Below the pieces are notes generated by a model. It saw only the letters and a program-made list of their open reading frames with translations, searched no databases and had not been told where the DNA came from. A program made the position numbers and the translations under genes. From Dehalococcoidia bacterium (GTDB lineage Bacteria; Chloroflexota; Dehalococcoidia; UBA2979), in the NCBI GenBank assembly GCA_963667465.2, contig CAXXDN010000002.1:1376001-1440000 (forward strand): 64,000 nucleotides of DNA, written 5' to 3'. Each line of letters opens with the position of its first letter. Within the stretch, counting starts at the first letter, position 1. Positions 31,506 to 39,109 of this stretch are shown here, in pieces.

Positions 31506-32495
31506 ATGACCGCGCCCCCGCCCCCAGGCATCGAGGTGCACCACGACGTGCCGCTCGCGCGGCATACCTACCTGCGGCTTGGCGGGCCCGCGCGCTACTT
31601 CGCGATCCCCGAGGACGTCGCACAGCTCGAGCGGCTCCTCCGCTGGGCGCGCGACGAGGCGCTCTCCGTGCGCGTGCTCGGCGGCGGCTCCAACCTGCTC
31701 GTCGCCGACGAGGGCGTCGACGCCCTCGTCGTCTCGCTGCGGCGCGCCACCGGCTCCTATCGCTTCGAGGACGATCGCGTCAGCGCCGGGGCGGCGGTGA
31801 TGCTGCCCGCGCTCAGCCGCGCTGCCGCCGACCGCGGCCTCGGCGGCCTCGAGTTCGCGATCGGCATCCCCGGCGCCGTCGGCGGCGCGCTCAACAGCAA
31901 CGCCGGCATCGGCGACGGCCGCGCGATCGGCAACCTCGTCGAGTCCGTCGAGGTGCTCGGCGGACGCGGTCGCATGACGCTCCCGCGCGACCAGCTCTAC
32001 TTCGGCTACCGCCGCTCCTCGCTGCGCGGGGCGGGCGTCATGGTCCTTGGCGCGACGCTGCGGCTGCGCCCACGCCCGAGCGAGGAGATCGAGGCGGATC
32101 TGCGCGAGCTGCTCGCGCACCGCCAGGCCACGCAGCCGACCGCCGGGCCGAACGCCGGCTCGGTCTTCACCAACCCCGAGGGCGACTACGCCGGACGGCT
32201 GATCGAGGCGGCCGGTTGCAAGGGCCTCGCCGTCGGCGAGGCGCGGGTCAGCGAGCTGCACGCCAACTTCTTCGTCCACGACGGCGGGGCGAGCGTCGCC
32301 GAGATGGTCCAGCTGATGGCCGAGGTGCAGCGTCGCGTCCTCGATCACTCCGGCGTGCGGCTGCAGCCGGAGATCGAGTGGTGGGGCGACGGCCCCCTGC
32401 CCGAGGTATTCGTGGAGCCGGAGGCGGACCTTCCGGAGGAGCCGGAGCCGCACGGCGAACCGGATAGCGCGAACGGCGAGCGCGCAGTCTTCTGA
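31506..32495 (+). CDS. murB: UDP-N-acetylmuramate dehydrogenase
   Basis: GGGSNLL, GIPGAVGGA...NAG, FGYRRS, AGSVFTNP, HANF, L.PEI; TACCAT 7 nt before ATG 31506. Confidence 0.94.
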   Translation: MTAPPPPGIEVHHDVPLARHTYLRLGGPARYFAIPEDVAQLERLLRWARDEALSVRVLGGGSNLLVADEGVDALVVSLRRATGSYRFEDDRVSAGAAVMLPALSRAAADRGLGGLEFAIGIPGAVGGALNSNAGIGDGRAIGNLVESVEVLGGRGRMTLPRDQLYFGYRRSSLRGAGVMVLGATLRLRPRPSEEIEADLRELLAHRQATQPTAGPNAGSVFTNPEGDYAGRLIEAAGCKGLAVGEARVSELHANFFVHDGGASVAEMVQLMAEVQRRVLDHSGVRLQPEIEWWGDGPLPEVFVEPEADLPEEPEPHGEPDSANGERAVF

Positions 32496-32563
32496 GGCCC
32501 GCCGCGCCGCCGGCAGCACGTCGCGCCGCGCGAGGCGCTAGGCTGCGCGCGAAGGAGCAAGCC

Positions 32564-33364
32564 ATGAGCGAACGACATGTCCTCGACGAGCAGAACGGCG
32601 CGGTGTTGACGCTGACGCTCAACCGGGCGGAGAAGCGAAACGCCCTCGGCAACCAGTTGCGCGGCGAGCTGGACGAGTGCCTGGCGCGCGCCGGCGAGGA
32701 CGACTCGATCGCCGTGATCGTGATCAAGGCGGACGGGCCGGACTTCTCGGCGGGCATGGACGTGAAGGCGAACATCGGCATCAACGACGACCTGGCGGCG
32801 GCGCAGCGCGGCGTCACGGGACTGCAGGACTTCATGCTGCGCGTGCGCGACGTGCCGAAGGCGACGATCGCGCAGGTACACGGGCACTGCGTCGGCCTCG
32901 CCACACAGCTCGCGATCTGCTGCGACATCGTCGTCGCCGCCGAGGACGCGCGGATCGGCGTACCCGGCTGGCCGAACGACTGGATCGCGGACTGGTGGGT
33001 CTTCCGCGTCGGCGCGCAGCGCGCGAAGTTGATGAACTTCACCAGCGGCAGCCTGCTCAGCGGCCTCGAGGCCGTCGAGTGGGGCTTCGCGGCGAAGGCC
33101 TACCCGGCCGAGCGGCTCGACGCCGAGACGCAGCGGCTGGCCGCCTGGATCGCGAAGACGCCAGTGCAGCTGCTGCGGCTCAAGAAGCACGCCATCAACC
33201 AGGCCGAGGACCAGCTGGGCTTCCGCACGGTGGCGCGCTACACCGCCACGCAGAACACCCTGATCTCACGCTCGGAGGGCGGGCACACCGGCGGCGACTA
33301 CGCGCGCGCCCACGGCTTCGCCGCCGCGCGCGAGCGCTACGGCCCGCCGCCGCCCGTCGAGTAG
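32564..33364 (+). CDS. enoyl-CoA hydratase/isomerase family protein (atypical)
   Basis: LNRAEKRNAL, FSAGMD, PKATIAQVHGHCVG. Confidence 0.9.
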   Translation: MSERHVLDEQNGAVLTLTLNRAEKRNALGNQLRGELDECLARAGEDDSIAVIVIKADGPDFSAGMDVKANIGINDDLAAAQRGVTGLQDFMLRVRDVPKATIAQVHGHCVGLATQLAICCDIVVAAEDARIGVPGWPNDWIADWWVFRVGAQRAKLMNFTSGSLLSGLEAVEWGFAAKAYPAERLDAETQRLAAWIAKTPVQLLRLKKHAINQAEDQLGFRTVARYTATQNTLISRSEGGHTGGDYARAHGFAAARERYGPPPPVE

Positions 33365-33393
33365 CCCTCGAGGCCGCTACCAGGCCCAGGCGC

Positions 33394-33876
33394 CTACCAC
33401 GCCCACGCATCGTTGTCCTGCGCGAGGGCGCGCAGGTGGTTGATCTCGCCCGCGTGGTAGAGGTCGTGGCGCATCAGCACGTGCAGGATGTCGGCGAGCG
33501 GCATGGTTCCGCCCCATGGCGTCGCCTGCTCCTCCTCGAGCTCGGCGTCGTCGAGGACCGCGAGGGCGGCGCGCAGGCCCTCGTGCGCCTCGCGCAGCCA
33601 CTTGGCCCCGCCCTCGGGGGTGCCGAGCGCTCCCTCACCCTGCACGAGCGGGTCGTCCATCGCGAGGGAGCCGTCGCCAAAGGCGCGATCGCCGTACATC
33701 AGCTTCGCGGCGCCGGCGTGCTGCACGATCGCGCGGATCGAGCGCGCCCCGTTCGGCGGCAGCCAGTCCCAGTCCTCGCTGCGCACGGACGCGACGTTCG
33801 CAGCGAGCGAGTGCGTCGTGTCGCCCTCGAACGCGGCGTCGAGCTGCGCCAGCATCCGCTCGGCGCGTACGCCCAT
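33394..33876 (-). CDS. DinB family protein
   Basis: RSIRAIVQH...HDLYHAGEINHLR; AAGGAGG RBS. Confidence 0.88.
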   Translation of the reverse strand: MGVRAERMLAQLDAAFEGDTTHSLAANVASVRSEDWDWLPPNGARSIRAIVQHAGAAKLMYGDRAFGDGSLAMDDPLVQGEGALGTPEGGAKWLREAHEGLRAALAVLDDAELEEEQATPWGGTMPLADILHVLMRHDLYHAGEINHLRALAQDNDAWAW

Positions 33877-33929
33877 GGGGAGCCTCCTTCGGGTTTGGCC
33901 TCGGGCCTCGGGAGAAGGCCCCGGACTCT

Positions 33930-33985
33930 CCTTCACCCGATCCGTCTCCCTCGGACCGGAGGGCTCTCCCGCAAGAGGCGAGAGG
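33930..33985 (+). repeat. REP-like repeat, divergent copy with an internal insert
   Basis: ccttcaccc...ctctcccgcaagaggcgagagg shares both ends with copies 1-3. Confidence 0.6.
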
Positions 33986-33994
33986 ACCGGAGGG

Positions 33995-34807
33995 CTAGCG
34001 CCCCTTGAAGACGGGCTTGCGCTTCTCCGAGAAGGCCTTCGGGCCCTCGGCCGCGTCGTCCGAGGTCTGGACGATGGTCATCGCCGCCTGGGCGGCCTCG
34101 AGCGCCTCGGTGAACGAGCTGCTCTGGCCGCGGTAGACCAGCCGTTTCGCCATCTGCATCGTGATCGGCGGGCCGGAGGCGAGCTTCGCGGCGTACGCGT
34201 AGACCTCGTCCATCAGCGATTCGTGCGGGACGACGCGCGAGACGTAGCCGATCTCGAGCGCCTCCTCTGCGCTGAACAGATCGCCGCTCCAGATCAGCTC
34301 GAGCGCCTTCTGCAGGCCGACCAGCCGGGGCAGCAGCCAGGCCCCGCCGTCGCCGGGAATCAGCCCGACGTTGACGTAGGCCATCCCGAAGCGCGCCTGA
34401 TCCGAGGCGATGCGGATATCCGCCATCGAGCACATGTCCATGCCGGCGCCGACCGCCGCGCCGTTGATCGCGACGAGGTAGGGCTTGTCCAGGTACTGCA
34501 GCGCCTGCGGCACGCGCTGCACGCTGTAGCGCAGCGAGTTGCGGCGCATCGCCGGCGTCCAGCTCTCGTCCGAGGCGAGGATCGCGTTCTCCTCGGCGCG
34601 CGCCTTCACATCGGCGCCAGCGCAGAAGGCGCGCCCCGCGCCGGTCACGACAACGACGCGCACGCTCTCGTCCTCGGCGGCCTCCGTGATGGCGGCAGCC
34701 CAGCTCGCCAACAGTTGCTCGCTGAACGAGTTCATCCGCTCGGGCCGGTTGAGCGTGATCGTCGCGATGCCGTCGTGCACCTCGTAGCTGATGTCCTGGT
34801 ACTCCAC
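33995..34807 (-). CDS. enoyl-CoA hydratase/isomerase family protein
   Basis: LNRPERMN, FCAGAD, KP...AINGAAVGAG, EKRKPVFKGR. Confidence 0.93.
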   Translation of the reverse strand: MEYQDISYEVHDGIATITLNRPERMNSFSEQLLASWAAAITEAAEDESVRVVVVTGAGRAFCAGADVKARAEENAILASDESWTPAMRRNSLRYSVQRVPQALQYLDKPYLVAINGAAVGAGMDMCSMADIRIASDQARFGMAYVNVGLIPGDGGAWLLPRLVGLQKALELIWSGDLFSAEEALEIGYVSRVVPHESLMDEVYAYAAKLASGPPITMQMAKRLVYRGQSSSFTEALEAAQAAMTIVQTSDDAAEGPKAFSEKRKPVFKGR

Positions 34808-34869
34808 GCCAACCGCCTTTCCGCTGGTCGCGCCTGCTGTGTCGCTGCTCGTTGCTCCGGATCCCCGGG

Positions 34870-35634
34870 CTAGCGGCCCTTGAACACTGGCGTGCGCTTC
34901 TCCGCGAAGGCGACCGCCGCCTCCATCGTGTCGTCGAGGTCGTTGAGGTGCGTGCGCGCCTCGACCTCGCGGTCGAGCATCGGCGCGTCCGGCATGTTGC
35001 GCATCGAGCGCATCAGCGCCTTCGTGCGGTAGACGTGCTGGGGCGGGAGCGCGAGCACGCGGTCGGCCCAGCTCTGCGCTGTCTCCAGCAACTGATCGTC
35101 GGCGACGACCTCGTTGACGAGGCCGTGCTGGTAGGCGCGCCGCGCGTCGATGCGGTCGCCGATCAGCGTCAGCTCCGCGCCGATGCACCACGGCAGCGAC
35201 TCGACGGCGGAGAACCAGTACGGGCCCATCAGCCCGGTCGGGATCTCGGCCATCCCGAACTGCGCGGACTCGGCCGCGATGCGGAAGTCGCAGCCCACGG
35301 TGATGTACCAGCCGAGGCCGATCGCGAATCCGTTCACCGCCGCGATCATCGGCTTGTCCGTGTCCACGACACCGAAGATGTTGTACTCGTAGGAGTAGCG
35401 CGGCAGGGTCGCCTCGCCGGCCTCGACCTGCGCCTTGATGTCGCGTCCGGCGCAAAATGAGCGGCCGGTGCCGGTGATGATCGCCACCCAGGCATCGTCG
35501 TTCTCGTCGAAGTCGAGCAGCGCCTGGCGGAACTCGTTGCCCATCTGCTGGTTGAACGCGTTCAGCCGCTCGGGCCGGTTGAACGTGATCGTGGCCACGT
35601 GGTTCTCGACCTCATATCCGACGAACTCACCCAC
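34870..35634 (-). CDS. enoyl-CoA hydratase/isomerase family protein
   Basis: FNRPERLNAF, FCAGRD, KPMIAAVNG, EKRTPVFKGR. Confidence 0.93.
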   Translation of the reverse strand: MGEFVGYEVENHVATITFNRPERLNAFNQQMGNEFRQALLDFDENDDAWVAIITGTGRSFCAGRDIKAQVEAGEATLPRYSYEYNIFGVVDTDKPMIAAVNGFAIGLGWYITVGCDFRIAAESAQFGMAEIPTGLMGPYWFSAVESLPWCIGAELTLIGDRIDARRAYQHGLVNEVVADDQLLETAQSWADRVLALPPQHVYRTKALMRSMRNMPDAPMLDREVEARTHLNDLDDTMEAAVAFAEKRTPVFKGR

Positions 35635-35664
35635 GTATCTCCTCCTCCTCAGCGCCCTCCGGCG

Positions 35665-36579
35665 CTACAGCTGCGCATGCTCCGCGACGCTCGCGAGCAC
35701 GCGCATCGTCTCCTCGGCCGGCGGCCGTCCTCCCGCGAGGGCGGCCGCGCGCACCTCTCCCCAGCGCTCGTACGGCAGCGGCGTGCCCGGGTGGTTGTAG
35801 ACCCCGACGACCAGCCGGTCCGCGCCCGCCGACTCGTACGCGCGCTGCGTCTCCGGCGTGGCGTCCATCGCGAAGACGGTGATCTCCATCTTCGAGGCGT
35901 CGCGCCCCAGCTCGGCACACCAGCGCTCGATCTCGCGCCGCCCGCTCTCGCACTCCTCGGGCGACGCCATCACCGGCAGCCAGCCGTCGCCAACGCGCGC
36001 GATGCGCCGGAACGTGCGCTCCGAGGCCGGCGCGCCGATCAGCACGGGCGGATGCGGGCGCTGCTTCGGGATCGGGTCGCAGCGCACCTCGCCGAAGCGG
36101 ATGCGCTTGCCCTCGAAGCTGGCGCTGCCGTGCTCCCAGAGCTTCTTCATCGCGAGGATCGACTCGTTGGCGTAACCCCAGCGGTCGGCGAAGTCCGTGC
36201 CGTAGAGCTCGATCTCCTCACGCAGCCAGCCGGCCCCGACGCCGAGCGTGACGCGCCCGTTCGAGAAGTTGTCGAGGGTGCCGACGGTGTTCGCCAGCGT
36301 CAGCGGGTGGCGCTCCGGTAGCAGCGTCACACCCGTCCCCAGCCGCACCTTCGAGGTGACGGCCGCGATGAACGAGAGCAGCACGAAGGGGTCCGCCATC
36401 TCCCCGTAGAGCTGCGGGATCGCCTGCCCCGGGCGGCGGTACGGCGTCTCGGGATCGACCGGCAGCACCGGGTGGTCCGGTACCCAGATCGACTCGAAGC
36501 CGTGATCCTCGGCGGCGCGCGCGAACGTCACGGCATCGACCGTGTAGCCGGTCACGAACATCCCGACGCCGATCTTCAT
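35665..36579 (-). CDS. LLM-class (probably F420-dependent) oxidoreductase
   Basis: GFESIWVPDH, DPFV.L, RLGTGV, GR..LGVGAGW..EE, PKQRPHPP. Confidence 0.92.
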   Translation of the reverse strand: MKIGVGMFVTGYTVDAVTFARAAEDHGFESIWVPDHPVLPVDPETPYRRPGQAIPQLYGEMADPFVLLSFIAAVTSKVRLGTGVTLLPERHPLTLANTVGTLDNFSNGRVTLGVGAGWLREEIELYGTDFADRWGYANESILAMKKLWEHGSASFEGKRIRFGEVRCDPIPKQRPHPPVLIGAPASERTFRRIARVGDGWLPVMASPEECESGRREIERWCAELGRDASKMEITVFAMDATPETQRAYESAGADRLVVGVYNHPGTPLPYERWGEVRAAALAGGRPPAEETMRVLASVAEHAQL

Positions 36580-36639
36580 CCCAGACCTCCGAACTCGCGC
36601 GAGCGGCGCTGAGTATACGGGAGTGCGGAGGGCGACCGG

Positions 36640-37590
36640 TCAGGCCTGCTGGAAGGCCCTCGTCAGCTGGCGCGCCGCCTCGGCAACCGCGCGTTCCGCC
36701 TCGTCGATCATCCCGAGGGCGATCCAGTAGTCGTGCGGCTGGTCGTCGGCGAGGGATAGCGTGACGTCCACGCCGGCGTCCTCGAGGCGCGCCGCGTAGG
36801 CCAACCCCTCGTCGCGCAGCACGTCGTAGCCAGAGATCACCATGTGCGCGGCGGGCAGGCCCTCGAGGCTCTCCGCACGCAGTGGCGCGACGCGCGGGTC
36901 GGTCATGTCGCCGTCGCCGACGTAGTGGCGCCAGAACCACTTCATCATCTCGCTGGAGAGCAGGTACCTGGGGTCGCCGAACTCGTGGTAGGAGTCACGC
37001 TCGAAGTCGCTGTCGGTGACGGGGCAGACCAGCAACTGGAATCCGATCGCCGGGCCGTCCTCGTCGCGCGCCTTCTGGGCGACGACCGCCGCGAGGTTCC
37101 CGCCCGCGCTGTCACCGCCGACGGCCAACCGGCCCGCGTCGGCGCCGAGGTCCGCGGCGTTGGCCACCGCCCACTCCAGCGCCGCCCAGCAGTCATCGAG
37201 CGGCGCGGGATAGGGATGCTCGGGCGCCAGCCGGTAGTCGACCGAGACGATCACGCAGTTGGCGACGTTCGCGAGGAGGCGCAGCGCCTCGACGCCGCTG
37301 TCGAGCCCGCCGATCACCCAGCCGCCGCCGTGGTACCAGACCAGCAGCGGGTATGAGTCACCAGGCCCTGGCTTCATGATGCGGACCGGGATCTCGCCCC
37401 CCGGGCCGGAAATCGTGCGGTCCTCCTCGGCGTGAACCGCCGGGCCCATGCCCGCCGCGGCCGCCTCGGCCTGCATCGCCGCGAGGCCGTCCCGCCAGGG
37501 CGCCGGTGGCCGCTCCGGGATCGGCGGGAATGCCGAGTCCCACTCGATGAACGCGTTGAGAAACTCCTGAGCCTGGGGGTGCAGCGGGAT
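36640..37590 (-). CDS. HSL-family alpha/beta hydrolase (esterase), probable ATC start
   Basis: HGGGW, DYRLAPEH, GDSAGG, DVLRDEG; GAGGAGG 6 nt before ATC-CCG-CTG-CAC-CCC-CAG. Confidence 0.93.
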   Translation of the reverse strand: MPLHPQAQEFLNAFIEWDSAFPPIPERPPAPWRDGLAAMQAEAAAAGMGPAVHAEEDRTISGPGGEIPVRIMKPGPGDSYPLLVWYHGGGWVIGGLDSGVEALRLLANVANCVIVSVDYRLAPEHPYPAPLDDCWAALEWAVANAADLGADAGRLAVGGDSAGGNLAAVVAQKARDEDGPAIGFQLLVCPVTDSDFERDSYHEFGDPRYLLSSEMMKWFWRHYVGDGDMTDPRVAPLRAESLEGLPAAHMVISGYDVLRDEGLAYAARLEDAGVDVTLSLADDQPHDYWIALGMIDEAERAVAEAARQLTRAFQQA

Positions 37591-37704
37591 GGCGCGCCTC
37601 CTCAATCCTGCGGGTGGGCTGCGGCGTCAGCGCCGCGACTCGTTCAGCCGCGGCTCACCGTACGGAGGGCGCCTCAGGGCGTCAACGCGCGGTAGCGCGA
37701 GGCG

Positions 37705-38448
37705 CTACGGACGCTGCCCGCCGACCGAGATCACCTCGCCGGTGATGTACTCGGACTCCTTGCTGCAGAGGTAGCGTACGAGGCCCGCCAGCTCGTCTGG
37801 CATCGCCGAGCGGTTCAGCGGGTGCTCGTCGCTGCCCTCGGGGACAGTGCCCATCGTGCGGCCCATCCACTCGTTCCAGACCGAGCTGGGGGCAACGGTG
37901 TTCGCGCGGATGTTGTGCTCGCCCAGCTCGAGGGCGATCACGCGCGTGAAGGCGATGATCCCCGCCTTCGCCGCCGCGTACTGCGCGCGGCCCTGCCCGC
38001 CCCGCCACGTCACCACCGAGGCGAAGTTGACGATGTTGCCGCCGCCCTGCTCGATCATGTGTGGCACCGCCGCCTTCGTGCAGTAGTAGGTGCCGTGCAG
38101 GCAGACGTTGATCGGCGTGTGCCAGGTGTCGTCGTCCATCTCCAGGAACGGCGTTTCCATGTCGCGGTAGGCGTTGTTGATCAGGTGGTCGATCCGCCCG
38201 TAGCGCTCGATCGTCTTCCCGATCAGCTCGGCGACCGACTCCTGGTTGGAGACATCGCAGGAGATCGCGAGGAAGTCGCGGTCATGCTCCCCGGCGAGCG
38301 ACTCGCCGACGGCGAGCGTGCGCTTCTCGTTCAGGTCGCTGACGACGACCTCGGCGCCCTCTGCTGCGAAGCGGCGAGCCGTCGCCTGCCCGACTCCGGC
38401 GCCCGCGGAACCGGTGACGATCACCACCTGACCCTCGAACTCGCTCAT
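37705..38448 (-). CDS. short-chain dehydrogenase/reductase
   Basis: TGSAGAGVG, INNA, YAAAKAG. Confidence 0.93.
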   Translation of the reverse strand: MSEFEGQVVIVTGSAGAGVGQATARRFAAEGAEVVVSDLNEKRTLAVGESLAGEHDRDFLAISCDVSNQESVAELIGKTIERYGRIDHLINNAYRDMETPFLEMDDDTWHTPINVCLHGTYYCTKAAVPHMIEQGGGNIVNFASVVTWRGGQGRAQYAAAKAGIIAFTRVIALELGEHNIRANTVAPSSVWNEWMGRTMGTVPEGSDEHPLNRSAMPDELAGLVRYLCSKESEYITGEVISVGGQRP

Positions 38449-38515
38449 CGCGTCCCCCTCGTCGCTCCGCGCCAACGCCGGGCGCGCCCGCGTCGAGGAG
38501 CATAGCGGGCGCGCC

Positions 38516-38599
38516 CTGGCCGCGTCGTCACTGGCCGCGTCGTCACTGGCCGCGTCGCCACTGGCCGCGTCGTCACTGACCGCGTCGTCGCTGGCCGCG
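38516..38599. repeat. 15-bp tandem repeat, about 5.6 copies (VNTR)
   Basis: Unit ctggccgcgtcgtca with a few substitutions, in a divergent intergenic region. Confidence 0.95.
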
Positions 38600-38641
38600 C
38601 CGGGAGGGGCGGCGCGGTAGACTGTCGCGCGGAGGCTGCGG

Positions 38642-39100
38642 ATGAGTGCAGACGACCGGCTCGCAATCCTCGATCAGATCGGACGCTACTCGTACGCCTG
38701 GGACGGGAAGGACTCCGACGTGTACGCCGCCCTCTTCACCGAGGACGCGGTGTTCGAGGTCTTCACCCGCGGCGACGAGCCGGTGATCCACAACGAGGGC
38801 CGCGAGGCGATCCGACGCTGGGCGCGCGCCACCCACAGCGGCGAGCGGCCCGGCCTGCGCCCCCACCCGCCGGACGAGCAAACCCGCCACAACCAGAGCG
38901 GGACCGTCTTCGACGAGCTCGGCGAGGACGCCGCGCGCACCCGCACCATACTGCTCTCCGCCCGGCAGGGCCCCGGCGACGTGATCCCGATCCCCTCGAC
39001 CACCGGCGTCTACCGCGACGAGTGGCGCCGCACCTCCGAGGGCTGGCGCATCGCCCGCCGCAGCCTGCGGATCGACACCCCGACCCCGCGCGTCCGTTAG
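38642..39100 (+). CDS. SnoaL/NTF2-like protein
   Basis: RY...D, LFTEDA, TRH, G.Y.D..RRT..GWRI..R. Confidence 0.88.
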   Translation: MSADDRLAILDQIGRYSYAWDGKDSDVYAALFTEDAVFEVFTRGDEPVIHNEGREAIRRWARATHSGERPGLRPHPPDEQTRHNQSGTVFDELGEDAARTRTILLSARQGPGDVIPIPSTTGVYRDEWRRTSEGWRIARRSLRIDTPTPRVR

Positions 39101-39109
39101 GCGGCGCGC

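Noticed and set aside
38516-38599. Tandem repeat considered as a CRISPR array
   Set aside because: The units are contiguous 15-mers with no spacers, and there are no cas genes.
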